Part shown: one piece after another, positions 48,701 to 62,571 of the stretch
Layout of the letters: every line of letters begins with the position of its first letter
Position numbering within the stretch: the first letter of the stretch is position 1
From: Carcharhinus amblyrhynchos
Taxonomy: Eukaryota
Reading direction: 5' to 3'
Assembly (NCBI GenBank): GCA_965287045.1
Contig: OZ336884.1
Span: forward strand, 21,576,001 to 21,640,000
Length of the DNA stretch: 64,000 nt
Notes under the pieces: model-generated
The model's database searches: none
What the model was told of the DNA's origin: nothing
The model's input: only the letters and a program-made list of their open reading frames with translations
Translations under genes and position numbers: made by a program

Positions 48701-51700
48701 CACCAACGGGATCCCTTTCTTTGCCCAGAAAACACTGCAAATTTTGCATGTGCGTGGCACTATTGAAATGCAAACTCTTGTCTTTTGAACCTGAGCAGCA
48801 GCAAACATGACACAATGTGGTGCAATTCTGCAAATGGGAACACTGCTTATCTTAATGTGCTGGGACCAAATTCAAGATAGCATACACAAGTAGTTGAATT
48901 ACTTTAACCACTAACCTTATATTTTTCTTTAGCTTTCTCTTTTCCAAGCAGCTTGAGGACTCTATCAGCAAGCAGCATGCTTTGCTGGTTTTGGAATCCC
49001 TCCAGGATACAAACTGCAGTGACATCTGAAAGATACAAAGGTATCAGTCATGCTTCCAGTGACAGCACTCAAATATTCTCAATAACAACACAAATCTCTG
49101 ATTTTCTGTTAATAAAGAAACACTTCTGGTATAGCAGTTGGATATAATTACAGGTCGGCAACAAGGAAGGTTGGAAAATACTTTTTTTTTGTCAGCGTGA
49201 TACTAACCCAGTTTGAATTAATCATTTCTACTTTTATTTCTATTTTAAAATTAGCTTTACATCCTTGAATTGCAAAGAGCAAAACAATCATTTCAGAAAC
49301 TACAAAATGTTGGTTACAATTTGAGCTTCCTTCCAAACAAGTATTAGGGTGCCAGACCAGAACCCCAAGGTACATTACAAAGCCAGACAATTTTTCCATT
49401 TTGATATAAATGGGAGAAAAGGTTGCTTTGCCTCGGGAGTTATTCCACTGACAAATTAGGGATCTTCTCAAGTCAGAACAAGCTTTATTTTTATTTACAG
49501 TTAAGTGTAACTTCAACATAATTAAATAGTTTAACTCTTAACGGCTGAACAATCTTTAAACAGGTAAAGAAACAACTCATACATTCTAACTTATTACTAG
49601 TTCAGTTCCAATTAAGCAATATTTCTCTTATAGCCATAAACCCCAGTCAGCAAAACACAAAAACTTGCCCTGACTTGGTAACTGCCTCAGAGCTTCAGAG
49701 ATAGAGAACCTCTTTTTAAAAGCTCCAATTACTAACCACGTTTTAAAAAATTAAGTATTTTTTCTGCTACAATGGCCCCTTCCATTAACTTAATATCACT
49801 TGACTGTCAATCCAGGAGAACTTAAGTAAAAAAAATGCAACAACTTTGCAAAGTAACACATTCCTAGCTACAATGCATTAGTATCCTGCCTTCTCAGCAT
49901 TTGTTGCATTCCTTCCAGACAAACCAACTGCTTGTAGCAAAACACTGCATCTTAAAGCAGTCTCCCTTAACATAGAATATATTACTAGCACAGTATCATC
50001 ACACAAGGTGAATTCAACAAGTAATGTGCCGCAGAATTAATAAACCATTTTCAAGGCATGTAATGTTTTTGATGCCCTATACGTATGCCTGACCTCTTCA
50101 AATAGGGGAGCAAAGCAGACAGCTAACTTTTAAATTCTTTGATGGGTTGGGCATTGCTGGCAAGGTCAGTTATTTATTACCCACCCCTAACTGCCCTTGA
50201 ACCAAATGGATTACTAGGCCATTTCAAAAAGCAGATAAGATGATAAGAGTTGCTGTGAATCTGGAGTCATGTGAAGACCAGGCTTCTTTCCCCAAAGGAC
50301 ACTGGTGAGCCTGATGATTTTTAAAGAAAAATGACAATTGATGTTGGTTTCATAGTATAGAGATTAGCTTCACATTCCAGATTTTTTCCAACAGCAACCA
50401 TAGTGGGATTTGAACCCATGTACCTAGAGCATTAGCCTGGGCCGCTGGACTACTAGTTCAGAAATAGTAGAGGCTGTAAGTACAAATTGAGTTCATGTAA
50501 TTAAACATGCCCTGAAGAAAAATGAATACAGATTTGCACAGAGTGTACTTGTTCATTTGAAAACAAAATGCAAAACTGCAAAGTCAATTTTCAGAATTTT
50601 TAAACCAAGTTCTTTGATAACCTTTTCTGCAGATGCATATCACTGCATTTAGATTTCTCTCCTTCACAAATGACATGAAGTTAGCATGCTGGTATTGTTG
50701 CTTAAATATGTGTCACTCCTTTCAAAATGCAGACCAGTTTCCTCATGAAATCATAAACAGAAAATTACAGTATGTTAGTGCAAAGCATCCTGGCTAGCCT
50801 TCCTTTTCTACCCTCTGCAAATTTCACATCACCCAAAAATCATCACCCTATGCTGTGATTCACATCAAGGTCCAGTTCATTCAGGTCCCCTGCTTAATGA
50901 TGTACATTTTTCAAATTATCACCTTCATTTTAAATCACTCTAAGGCCTTGCCCTCTATTTCTGTAACCTCCTTCAACACCACCACCTGAGTTGACCTAAC
51001 TCTTGACCTTTTGATCATCCCCAATTTTAACTGATCCACCATCACTGGCCAGCCCTTCAGCTGCCTAAGCCCTTAAGTTCTCTTCCTGTTTTTTCCACCT
51101 CTGCTTCCTCCTATATGATGCTCTCTAAAACTTACCTCTTTGGCCAAGCTTTTGACTATCTGCCCTAATACTGCCTCATGTGGTTCAACATCCAATTCTG
51201 TTTCATAGCACTGCTGTGAAACGCCATGGGATGTTTTATGAAAGGCAGCACATAAATGCAAGCTCATGTTGGAAATGTAGTTTTCAGATCAATCATCCAT
51301 GCAAGGCACTAAAATCTTCAGTTGGATGATAAAATGTGCATTATCACTTCATTTATTCCAAAAACCTGCTAGCCCAGAAGATAGCAGTTAGAATGCCTGA
51401 ATTTAATAATTTTTTAAGTTTGATGGACACAGGTCTGCAGTGTAATTGCAGCCATACAATTCTGACTTGGATATATTCTTTATCAAGTGAGGCTAAACTG
51501 ACGAGCTAGTTCATAATATTATGTTATCCATGCCAGAATGCTGCATACTCAGTTCCTAAGTTATATGATTTCATCTATGGCAGTGTGTGTTAAAATTGTG
51601 CTCAAGTTCCTGCTTTTCAGTGTTATAAAGTGATCACTAAGGAAAACTGCACTTTGGAAATGTTGGTTCAGTTGAAATTCTCGTCCATGGTAAATCTAGA

Positions 51701-54700
51701 CTTCTGCAGGAAGAAGAGTCATGGGCTAGGCCAGTGGTAAGCAACATAATACTCAGTAGGGGGCTACATGCAACCCATCTGGGTCACGTGCAGCTTAAGA
51801 GACCGTGTCCATGTGAAGGGTTGCCACATCTTGCTCATTTTCACATGTAATTTTTTCCCCCATATAACTTATGTACATATAGCAAGGGCAAATAAAGTGA
51901 GGTAGATGCTGATTGCACACAATGAATATCAGAGCTGTGTGCTCACTGTATCCAAAGCGTAAACATTATTTTGTTTGTACCATCTGAAGTTACTGATAGT
52001 TCCATTAATATGTAAATTAACAAGCATTTTCTATAACTCGGTATGAAATATTTGGGCGTTCATTAAATGTATTTAATCTTATTCATGGGATCATAGTTAG
52101 TGAACAGGCCTGATTTCAATCTTGCGGCCCACTGGGAAGAAGAAAGACCAATCAGCAACCCACTCATTAGCACAGATTGCCCATCACTGGGTTAGACACT
52201 GGAAGGTAGATATAGCACTGAGACTGAACCCCAGCAAAGCAACTTCAGGATAGATGGGGAGGACACTTACGAGTGAGGGGAAAAAATAAAAACATTAGGT
52301 CAAAAAAGACACACAAACCTTCTAAACACTCCTTCTTATTATCTAGTTTCTCGTATGCCTTTGCACGGCGGTATAGTGCCTTTATGTACTTGGGGTTGAG
52401 TTCTACTGCCTTCGTGCAGTCCTGAGCAACTTCATCCCATTTTTGCTGCAATGCAAATTTGTTACATAATCAAAGTGAAGCAGTCATTTTGTTTGAGAAT
52501 CTTTGCACCAAATAGAATGCAGTGTCAAAACACTCAAGCTAATACAATTGCCATTAGGATATCAGAATACATGTGGGATTTAACCGGAGTACAGTGGCAT
52601 GGAAAATTCATCTTCTGTAACAGGGGAAAAAGAACTGCACTACAATTTTGATTGAAACATTCAACATACAATAGAATGCTATGGTGTGGACTTTAAATCA
52701 AACGTTTTTGTCCCTCTCATCACCCACCCAAGGGGCAGCACTCCAATCGCAGCTACACGAGCCGTACCAACAATAATACAAATGTCAATGAGGCAGCAAT
52801 GTTACCAATGGCTGTCATTCTTTCTGGTTGCAAGCAGACCAAGTGCCATGTGAACCTTTTCCAACAAGGACCCAAAAGCCATAGCAGTGCAAGCAAAATC
52901 CTGTGCTTTTGCTGCCATTTGATTTTTGTACTGCCGCTGTGGAAATGTAAGACAAAAGTCAGAAATAGATTGGGGGGGGGCGGGGGTTGCGTGGCATGGT
53001 AGAGAGAAGACATACATAAATCTTGTTTCATTCCATTAGTACGCAATTTTCAACAATGCGGCATTCACAAATGAATGCACAGTTTAATCATGTTTCAAAC
53101 ACATATCACACAGCATCTACTAAGTGCCACAACAGTTGTTAAATATTTTGTAGGGTAAAGAGTATAGCATTTCATGGAATTAGGAGTAATAGTTTAATCT
53201 GAAATGTTTAATGCAGAACAGAAAAAAGTCAAGTCAGAAATGCCATAAGAAATCTCATGCTGTAATATATTTTGTGAAGTACTTTCATCTCTCATGATTT
53301 GGTCAAAAATTTTGTCAATATGGAAATCACTGAGCTGAAATATAATTCATTCTCAAAATCTATGATAGGATTGACGCACATCTCATAACTTGTAGCAGAT
53401 GAGGAAGAGAATAGCTAAAAACGTTTGAAAATGTAATGAAATGGCAAAAAAAAATCACAGTGCAATATTCATTCAATAATTAACTTTACCACAGATTGTT
53501 TTAAAATATCCATGACATCCTACAAGTACACCTTTGAAAAGATTTTTTAGTGCAAAAGTACCAAGTCATTGTGAGCACATAGACTTTAAGTAGAATGTAT
53601 TACCTAAGGCACCGCCTAAAATTTAAGCCCCACGTTTAGATTAATGTGCATCGATCTTTAGATGTGGATATCCAACAGACCCTGAAGTTCTGATTTAGAG
53701 TTTATACACCAAAGACTTGCAATGTTAAACAAAGCAGTTTCCAAATGTCCAGGTTTGCAAAATTCATATGGCAATCTACCAAGTTGGTAATGGAAGTAAA
53801 AATACATTTCAGCCACCCAAGCTTTGACAACCAGATTCCTAGGGTTTATGGACACAAGCTGGACATCGCTGATTTTGGAAATATTATTTCCACTAAACGC
53901 TCCATCAATAAGTATGGCGAGCCAACTTGTAGAATTCTGCCTTTGTTACTACAGAACCTCAACAGGACTTATTTTCTAGTTTAGTTATTTTTATGAACTC
54001 TATTTCCCTTATACTGAAGCTAAAAGAAGCTTAAATGAGGCTGGCTGCCTTGGTTATACCAGTACTCCATAACATTAGCTTAATATTCAGCTGTCACAGT
54101 AGTCAAAGTTCGCTGAAATGCCTTGCAATTTGGACCTTGCCCACCAGCCCAAGCACAAGTCAGACTCTTTAGATTATTATGCACGTAAAATAAATTTAAA
54201 GGGGCTGCAAAGTTAAATGAATAGGCTATGCACAACAAAAGTTCAAGGAGCACTGTCTGCGTGTGGCATTTAGTCTCACGGCCAATATTAAAGTACGAAT
54301 AAAAAGTCCCACATACCAATTGTTCATATGCTGCAGCCCGATTCTGATAAAATGTTGAAAGATCCTGCTTCTGATTGAGTGGACAGAGACCAATTGCTTC
54401 AGTGTAACACTGAATAGCTTGTTCAAATTTTCCAGCTTTAAAGAACTTGTTTCCTTTATTCTTTGCAGATTGGGCCCGGTCTAACAAACTCTTAGAGAAG
54501 GAAAATAATATTTATCGTGAATGATAACATTTCAGTTTCAGCACACCATCATCACACACTCCCATTTTATCTGGAAACCAGGCTAATGAACCAATAGCTA
54601 CTTTCTTGCCTGCTTTGCCACTGATAGTAGTTTCTGCTTTCACCCCGACTTCTGAAAAATAATCACTGCCTGTCATTTTCTCCTTTTACCTCAACTGCTC

Positions 54701-57700
54701 TGCCACAAGTGGCTTCTGCTAGTCGCCTAGTGTCTCAAGTACCCACTTTTCAGGCTACTTTATTTAGCATTGTAACAGAAACCAGAAGACTGAAAAAGAG
54801 GAGAAAACTGAACCTGCGTCCACCAAGTACTCCAACATTGTATGATGACATGTCAACAACACATGCCACCTCAGATAAATGCTACCACAGCAGACTTGTA
54901 TATATTTGTATCCTTGAAAATCCTTGATGTGAAACCTTTTACTGTGTAAAATAAGAGCTCATGCTGTAGGGTGTGACACATTACCATGAATAGAAGATTG
55001 ATTAGCTAACAGAAAGCAGACAGTAGAAATAAATGGGTATTTTTCTGGTTATCAAGATGTGACGAGTGGAGTGTCACAGGAATCAGTGTTGAAGCCTCAA
55101 CGGCCTACAATTTAATGACTTGGATAAAGGGACGGAATGTATGGTTGCTAAATGTATTAATAACACAAAGGTAGGTAGGTAAATTGTGAATAGGACGTAA
55201 GGAGTCTACAATGGGACATAGATAGGGTTAAGTGAGGAGGTAAAAATTTGGTAGATGGAGTATAGTGTAGGGAAATGCGAACATGTCCACTTTGGCAGGA
55301 AGAAAAGCAGCACGTTATTTAAATGAGACAGAACTGAGGTGCAGAGGGATCTGGGGTACCCTGGTATACTAATCAGCAAATGTTAATATGCAGAAAAAGT
55401 AAGTGATTGGGAGATAATGTTGTTTATTGCAGGGGGAAGGGAATACAAAAGCAGGAATGCACTGCTACTGTTGTACAGGGCATTAAAACCACACCTAGAG
55501 TACTCTGTACAGCTTTGGTTTCCTTATTTAAGAAAGGACATAAATACATTGGAAGCAGTTCAGAGAAGGTTCATTTAGATACCTGGGAGTGAGGGAGGGT
55601 TACCCTATGAAGAAAAGTTAAATAGACCGGGCCTGTATCCATTGGAATGGAGAAGACTGAGGAATGATCCTATTGAAATACATAATATAGTGAGGGGGGC
55701 AGAGAATGGTAAACTGTAAGCAAGACACAAGAATGTAGACAGGCACTAAAAACAGTCAGTTTAGAAAGTAGAAGATGGAGCTCAAGAACATAAAAGCAAA
55801 GAAACATTTGTTGAAGATGTCAGTTAGACAAAATTGCATTATCAGGGGCACCTGATAAGAATACACCAGAATAATACAAGATACAAGAATAATGGAAAAA
55901 CAACAGTGCAGATATACAAGTTATATATGAAGATTGACAGATCACCATGATCAAGAAAAATTGAGGGATTTTCCACCAAAGTTGTGTTGAGGGGATTAAA
56001 GAAAGGTTTTTAACCATGTGAATGAATCTGAAATGAGTAAATAGTGGAGGCACGCTTCTAATAAATTGGAAAATCTGTAGCAAGAGGATAGATTCAGGGT
56101 TAAGAATCAGCACAATTTCCTCCCACAATAAATGGAGACAGCAAAAGCTGAGCTTTGTTGGAAGAGCACAGAAATTAAAACTCGTCTTAGAAGAATTTGA
56201 CATATCTATGCCTAATATAAAAGATAACCAAAAGGAAAAGATATACAGAAGCAAAGAGCAGCAGAAATACAAGGAGAATGAAAAACAGCAAGAAACAAAT
56301 GGAAGTTATAAAGGATTTTATAACCAAATGATAAACTTTAAAAAAAATCAAAATACTGTGGGCGCTCAAAATCTGAAATAAAAACAGAAAATGCTGGATA
56401 AGTTGAACAAGGCTGGTAGCATCAATAGAAAGAAAGAGTCAACATTCCAAATCCAATGAATCATTTAGATCTGAAACACTGGGGACGATTTTCTCAGCCT
56501 GCTGTGTTGCTTTTGCAGTGCAGCTAGACTCAGACTGAGGCAGGTTCTAAGGCATTGGGCGTCACAGCTTCCAGAAATCAGCGCAGAGCTGAAAAAGTTA
56601 CGTAAATTATAACTTTAATCTATTTTACATATGATTAGCAAGTCTAGGACTGAAGTCTCCAGGCCTGCTAGTCTCCCTCCCACCAGGAGTGGTGCACTCC
56701 AGTAAGGTTTACTATAGCTCCACATTCACAGGGAACAGATGGCCCGACTCTGCTGGAGTGAAGGGAAGACCATCAAAGCCCTCCGGGCATTGCCACCTTG
56801 GGCCCTGTGGCATCCCAGGCATGTTGGCACTGCCACTGAGAATTTGGCAGTGCCAAGGGGGAATGGTGGGAGGTTGGTGGCGTTGGGGGTTCCTGCTGCT
56901 ACTCTGCAATTGGGTTGAGTGGCAGAGGGAGGGAGGCCAGTGATCAAGGTTGGCCCATACATGTTTGCTGGCCTGCGACTGGCAGTGCAGGACTTGCACC
57001 GACAGATTGGTGCATGTGCAATGGCTCACTCAGTGCAATGCTGCTGGCCTCTCCAGCAGGAATCACATTGATTTTCAGTCTGATTCACGCTAGGGCACTC
57101 TGATCAACAGTGTGGGAAATTTATTTTGAACCCCTGCTGAAAAAAAAGTGGGATTTACTTCAGTTTTTATGCAAATTCGATACTTAGATTTTTTTGGGAG
57201 AATCACCCCCATTAGCTCAGTTTCTCTCCATAGATGCTGCCAAACCTGCAGAGTTTACCCAGAATTTTCTGTTTTCATTATTTTTTTTAAAAGAACGTCA
57301 TGTCAGAGAAATTAAATAGGATTCATTCATATCAACAAGGGATTATAGTTATGACAAATTAGGATTAATTTCCTTGGAACAGAATGGTTAAGTGATTTGA
57401 TAACTATCTGCCCCTTTCACACCAATAAGTAGATTCCACAATATAGATCATAATCGCACTGCTAAGCACATCTTGCCCTCCTCTCCAATTTATTGGGGAA
57501 CTGTTCCAACTGGGATGCCTTTAACTCAAAACAGCCATTCCTCAGCACTTTTACTCAAAGTCAAAGAAGCTGCAACATTTGTCCAACAAATACTTAGCAC
57601 TACTTCAATTTTCCCACATTACTGCTTCTTACCTCAAATACTATTTCCATGAGACAGGAATTTCTTCAATCTAGTATACCACATTTCTGTCCAATGTGCT

Positions 57701-60700
57701 GCATTCCATAAATTTATAAATGAACATCATTTCCCTGAGGCCTCAGCCCTATTCACATGCATGACTTCCAAGCTCCCTGTTCGCCACTTTAACTTCTCTT
57801 CTCATCCTCACTTCCTGGGTGGCACAATGGTTGGCACTGCTGCCTCACAACACTACGGACCTGGGTTCAATTCCCAGCTTAGGTCACTATCTGTGTAAAG
57901 TTTGCGCATTCTCCCCGTGTCTGTGTGGGCTTCCCTCAATGATCCGGTTTCCTCCAGTCTGAAAGGTGTGCTGATTAGATGCATTGATCCGAACATACGC
58001 TGGGTTGTGGCAACAAGAGGAATTTTGCAACAATTTCATTGCAGCGTTAATGTAAGTCTTACTTGTGACTAATAAATAGAACTTTAACATTATCTAACCA
58101 GACCTATCACAAGATTTAAGAACGGTACATCTTTCACTTAGCTACACTGTACATAACTTCAAGACCTTAGTTAGACCATTTTTCTTTACATTAGATGTTA
58201 TGATCTGGGACAAGTCTTTTCTGTTTTGTAAAGAAATGTTTTGGGTGCATATTTTAACAAAGTTCTGATGGGAAAACTGTTGACATCTCTTTTGGGGTCT
58301 TCTTAGGGTGACTAGCTTTGATTTCAGACCTAATACATCTATACATTCCCGTTCCCACTTCTCATTTGTGCGGACCACTTTCATTGTCTTTTCAACTTCA
58401 ACAGTTACATATAGAGGGGTGTTAATTTGTCGATCTGCACTTGCAAGCAATAACACAAATGATTACCTCCAAAAACATTAACCACTCTTCCCTTTACAGT
58501 TGTTCCAGCACTGGGCTTCCCCATTACGATTATTTTTGATGGGTGCTCAAATGCTTCCACAATTTTGATCAGGTAAATAAGGAAAATCTATCTAGGAATA
58601 TGACACAAGCATGCCATTCAGCCCCTCATGCCTGTTCTACCATTCAAACAGATCACTGCTGATCAAGTTGATATGTAAGTAACTGGAGGATAAACATTTA
58701 TCAGCACCCAAACAAGATTATACACAAATATTATTTTTACACAATGGGTTGATAAGAAACTGATACCCTACCAGAACCTGTGGTGGAAGTAGAATCCAGT
58801 ATTTTGGACGGATACACAAAAAGGAAAAGGTGGTGATGTAGCTTGGAAAGGATCTGTGAGAAGTGAGAAATAACACTGGTACTGGAGACCAAGATGTAGA
58901 ATCGGTCTGGATAGAAAGACATAATAAAGGGAAAGAAGTCCCTAATGGGAGTAATCAATACAGCCCCTAAGTATAGTTCCACACTAGGACAGTACAAACC
59001 AGGAAACACTGAATCATGGGTGATTCTAATGTGCACACAGACTGGATTGATCAAATTGGCGAGGGTAGTCTTGAAGGAGAGTTCACAGAGTATATTAGGG
59101 ATTTTTTTTTGGAATAATGTGTTGTTGAACCAGCAGGCAGTTTTGGATTTAATATTGTGCAAATGAGATGGATTAATGATCTTGTAGTAAACGATCCTCC
59201 AGGGAAGAGTGATCATTCCATTCTTGAATTTTAAATTCAGTTTAAGGTCAATAAATTTGAGCTCCACAAAAATGTTTTGTTGTTAAACCAAGGAAATTAT
59301 ATAGGCACGAGGACAGATTTGGTGCCTGTGGACTGGATAGAATATTAAAAGATGGAACAGTTAATGAACCATGGCAGATATTTAAGATATTCTATTCCTC
59401 CCAACTAAAAGATATCCTAGAGGGGAAGAAAGAAGGAGAAAATGCATGCGTGGCTAATCAAGGAGGTTAAAGGTAACAAAGGCAAAAACTGAGGTTTACC
59501 ATATTCCAAAGGTCATTTTTCAGGCTGGAGGATTGGGAAACTTTTAAAAGGCTAACATAAAGGCAAATATTAATACATATCATTTTGCAAAGGTCAGTGG
59601 CAGGCTGGGGGATCAGGGAACTTTAAAAGTCCAGAGGATTACTAAAATGTAATAAGAGCAAAACTAAACTATGAAAGAAATCTAGTGTAAAAAGTGCAGA
59701 AGATTCTGTATGTATATAAAAAGGAAGACAGTAGCTAAAGTCAACTTTGGTCCCTTAACAGGACAAGACTAAGCGTTAATAATGGGAAACACAGAAATGG
59801 TAGCAACACTAAATCAATATTGTGCATCAGTTTTCATGGTGGAGGACACTAGAACCATCCCAACAGTAACTGGTAATGCAGAGGTTGTGGAAAAGGAGAA
59901 ACTAATCAAGGGAAAAAGTACGGAGCAAGCTAATAGGTTAAAGCCAAACAAATCCCCAGGGCCTGATACCCTACATCCGAGGGTCTTAAAGGAAGTGACA
60001 GCAGAGATAGGTGAGGCATTGGTTAAAATACTCAAATCCCCTGCATTCTGGACAGATTCCAGTGGATTGGAAAAAGGCTAAATTAATGTCCCTGTTCAAA
60101 AAGGGAGAAAGACAAAGTTGGAAACTATAGACTAGTTAATTTAACATCCGTAATTAGAAAACTGTTAGAATCCATTAACGGAAGTAATAGAACATTTGGA
60201 AAGTCAAAATGCAATACAGAGTAAGCATGGTTTTATGAAGGGTAAATCATGTTCAACTGATTTGCTGGAATTTGTCAAAGATGTAACAAGTGCACGGTGT
60301 GGGCCCTGCAGATGTAATGCACCTAGACTTCCAGAAGGCGTTTGATAAAATGCCACACAAAAGGTTAAGACACAAAGTAAGATCCTATGGGGTTGTGGAT
60401 AATATATTAGCTTGAATCGAGGACTGGCTAAACAACAGAAAGCACAGAGTGCGAATAAATGGGTCTTTATCTGGTAGGCAAGCTGTAACTAGTGGTGTGC
60501 CACAGGATACAGTCCTTGGGCCTCAACTATTTACAACCTATATTAATGGCTTGGTCTCTTTTAAGGGTATTAATAACTTGGATGCAGGGATAGAATGTAC
60601 TTTAACCAAATTTGTAGATGACGCTAAAATAAATAGCAAGTTGCAATGAGGAAATAAAAAAGTAACAAATGGATATGGATAGATTAGGTGATTGGGCCAA

Positions 60701-62571
60701 AATGTGGCAGATGGAATTTAACATGGATAATTATGAAGTTATCCATTTTGGTTGGAGGAATTAAAAAGGCAACTTATCTAGATGGAGAAACGTCAAAATG
60801 CTTTGGTACAGAGGGATCTGAGTGTTTTCATGCATAAATTGAATTCTTTCTGGTTATATCACAGCTTGGTATGGCTCCTGCTCTGTCCAAAACCACGACA
60901 AACTACCCACTGACTGTCTACACTTCCTGCTGTTTTGGAAAAGCAGCCAGCATAATTCAGGGCCCCACGCACATTGGACATTCTCTCTTCCATCTTCTTC
61001 CATCAGGAAACAATAAGTCCGAGGTCACATATCAACCGACTCAAGAACAGCTTCTTCCCTGCTGCCAGACTTTTGAATGAGTCTACCTTGCATTAACTTG
61101 ATCTTTCTTTACATCCTAGTTATAACTGTAACACTACATTCTGCACTCTTTCAATTCCTTCTCTATGAATGGTGTGCTTTGTCTGTACAGCACACAAGAA
61201 ACAATACTTTTCACTGTATAATACATGTGACAATTATAAATAAAATCAGATAGCATGCAGATGCAGCTGGTAATAAAGAAGGCTAATGGAATAGAGTATA
61301 AAAGAAAAGAGGTGTTGTTGTGACTACATAGGGCATTGGTGAGGCTGCATTTGGAGCACTGTGTGCAGAGTTCTGGTTCCTTTACTTGAGGAAGGATGTA
61401 AATGTATTAGAGGCAGCTCAGAGATGATTCACTAGGTTGATTCCAGGGATGAAAGACCTGTCTTATGAAGAGAGATTGAACAGCTTAGGCCTCTGCTTAT
61501 GGGGTTTAGAGGCATATAAGACACAAATGGGGACTGACAGGGTAGACACAGATGTTTCTCTTTGCTGGACATTCTAGAATGAAGAACCATAGTATTAGGC
61601 TAAAGAGTGGCAGATTTAAAACAGAAAGGAGGAGCAATTATTTCACTCAAAGAGTCCTGAGTCCGTGGAATTTTCTATCTGAGTGCTACGGACACCAGAA
61701 CACTAAACAAACTTTTGAGATACAGGTTTTTAATTAGTAGAAGGATGAAGGTTATTTGGAGCGGCCAGGAAGGTAGAGATGAGGCGAAGATTAGATCAGC
61801 CATGATCTTATTGAATGATGGGGGAAGCTTAAGGGGCTGAAATGCTTACTTCTACTCCTAGTTCTTACATTACTTTAGCTTGGAAATAGCGAATGTTTCC
61901 AATATTTGAAAATGGCAGAATGAACACAGTGTGGGGAAACAAGAGCATTTCAAATTGCATTCCAAGTACTGGACAGAAATCGATTCCTCTTTGAATGCTA
62001 CCACAGGGTATGTTGAAAATTGATTCTGGGGTCATTATAATATGCAATACTTTACAACTGATTGAAGCAGATGCATCATTCTCATTCAAAGGGCGAATTC
62101 AATTAGTATTTTTAAAATATCGTAAACAGCAGGGGCGAAGCTGGCAAACGGATTCCAGAGGTCTTTAGTGGGGTACAGGCAGCTCTGTGATATATTTCTC
62201 TGCATCACATTACCTGCCCTTCTCCTCTAGTCAAACATGCTTCTGTTTCTAACTAACCATTGCCCGTATTTCAGCCTCTGTCTGCTCCTCCCTCACTCCC
62301 ATTCCCGCTTTCAGCCGGCCCCTCTCTTCCCCTCCTTCCCTACCAGACTATCCGTCTCATTCTCCCCTCGGACGCCTTCCTCCTTGGGCACTGGGCTGGA
62401 GCTGCCCTCGGGCGCTTTCCTCTCGCTCCGCTTCGACACCGTCCTCCTGTGCCACAGATAGACGGCGCCGGCCCCTAGCAGGAGGGGGCCGCCGATAGCG
62501 AGGGCCAGCTGCCAGCGGGGCAGGCCGGAGCCGGAGCCGCTCTGCGAGTCCACTGGTTTCAAGGCCGCCAT
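36561..62571 (-). CDS. TOMM70: TOMM70 mitochondrial import receptor, whole gene: complement join(62344-62571,54317-54490,52319-52445,48916-49025,46756-46910,45169-45376,43553-43687,42970-43077,41551-41667,40768-40865,38878-39000,36561-36714), 1737 nt, 578 aa
   Basis: N-terminal anchor [27 protein letters not shown] repeats and C-terminus [11 protein letters not shown]. All 11 introns are GT-AG and the frame is continuous. Confidence 0.97.
36870..38362 (+). mobile_element. CR1 fragments with two SINEs (37272-37570, 38095-38362) in TOMM70 intron 11
   Basis: Family similarity to other copies in the window. Confidence 0.7.
38878..39000 (-). CDS. TOMM70: TOMM70 exon 11 ([40 protein letters not shown])
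   Basis: tatag acceptor, gtaatt donor, 123 nt. Confidence 0.95.
40768..40865 (-). CDS. TOMM70: TOMM70 exon 10 ([32 protein letters not shown])
   Basis: ttctag acceptor, gtaagt donor, 98 nt. Confidence 0.95.
41551..41667 (-). CDS. TOMM70: TOMM70 exon 9 ([10 protein letters not shown]...GYALYAQ)
   Basis: ttccag acceptor, gtaagc donor, 117 nt. Confidence 0.96.
42970..43077 (-). CDS. TOMM70: TOMM70 exon 8 ([12 protein letters not shown]...AQKCFAL)
   Basis: ttacag acceptor, gtaagc donor, 108 nt. Confidence 0.96.
43553..43687 (-). CDS. TOMM70: TOMM70 exon 7 ([13 protein letters not shown]...VYHHRGQ)
   Basis: ctccag acceptor, gtaggg donor, 135 nt. Confidence 0.96.
43972..44271 (+). mobile_element. 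tRNA SINE with 'B' tail; others at 48342-48470 and 57818-58085
   Basis: Family similarity to other copies in the window. Confidence 0.75.
45169..45376 (-). CDS. TOMM70: TOMM70 exon 6 ([17 protein letters not shown]...DANVK)
   Basis: atcag acceptor, gtaggt donor, 208 nt. Confidence 0.95.
45455..46065 (-). mobile_element. CR1 LINE 3' fragment
   Basis: [33 protein letters not shown]. Confidence 0.85.
46756..46910 (-). CDS. TOMM70: TOMM70 exon 5 ([16 protein letters not shown]...[11 protein letters not shown])
   Basis: tgtag acceptor, gtgatt donor, 155 nt. Confidence 0.93.
48916..49025 (-). CDS. TOMM70: TOMM70 exon 4 ([36 protein letters not shown])
   Basis: ttcag acceptor, gttagt donor, 110 nt. 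Confidence 0.95.
52319..52445 (-). CDS. TOMM70: TOMM70 exon 3 ([12 protein letters not shown]...KECLE)
   Basis: tgcag acceptor, gtttgt donor, 127 nt. Confidence 0.95.
54317..54490 (-). CDS. TOMM70: TOMM70 exon 2 ([15 protein letters not shown]...AAAYEQL)
   Basis: ctaag acceptor, gtatgt donor, 174 nt. Confidence 0.95.
54955..55700 (+). mobile_element. Degenerate CR1 RT fragment
   Basis: Decayed SGVSQESVL-type and VQRRF-type motifs. Confidence 0.65.
56480..57211. mobile_element. Non-autonomous TIR element (MITE-like) inserted into a palindromic Penelope-like repeat
   Basis: Imperfect TIRs tggggacgattttctc ... gggagaatcaccccca; the host repeat continues on both sides. Confidence 0.6.
58670..61865 (+). 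mobile_element. Long degenerate CR1 LINE (endonuclease, RT and 3'UTR) in TOMM70 intron 1
   Basis: [52 protein letters not shown]; interrupted by a Rex-like insertion. Confidence 0.85.

Noticed and set aside
55820-56272. 150-aa hydrophobic - strand ORF
   Set aside because: It is the reverse complement of an A/G-rich decayed stretch, so the Phe/Leu/Ile richness is compositional.
58737-59267. Longest ORF in the track (176 aa, - strand)
   Set aside because: It is antisense to a decayed CR1 endonuclease region, has a non-ATG start and shows no protein family signal.
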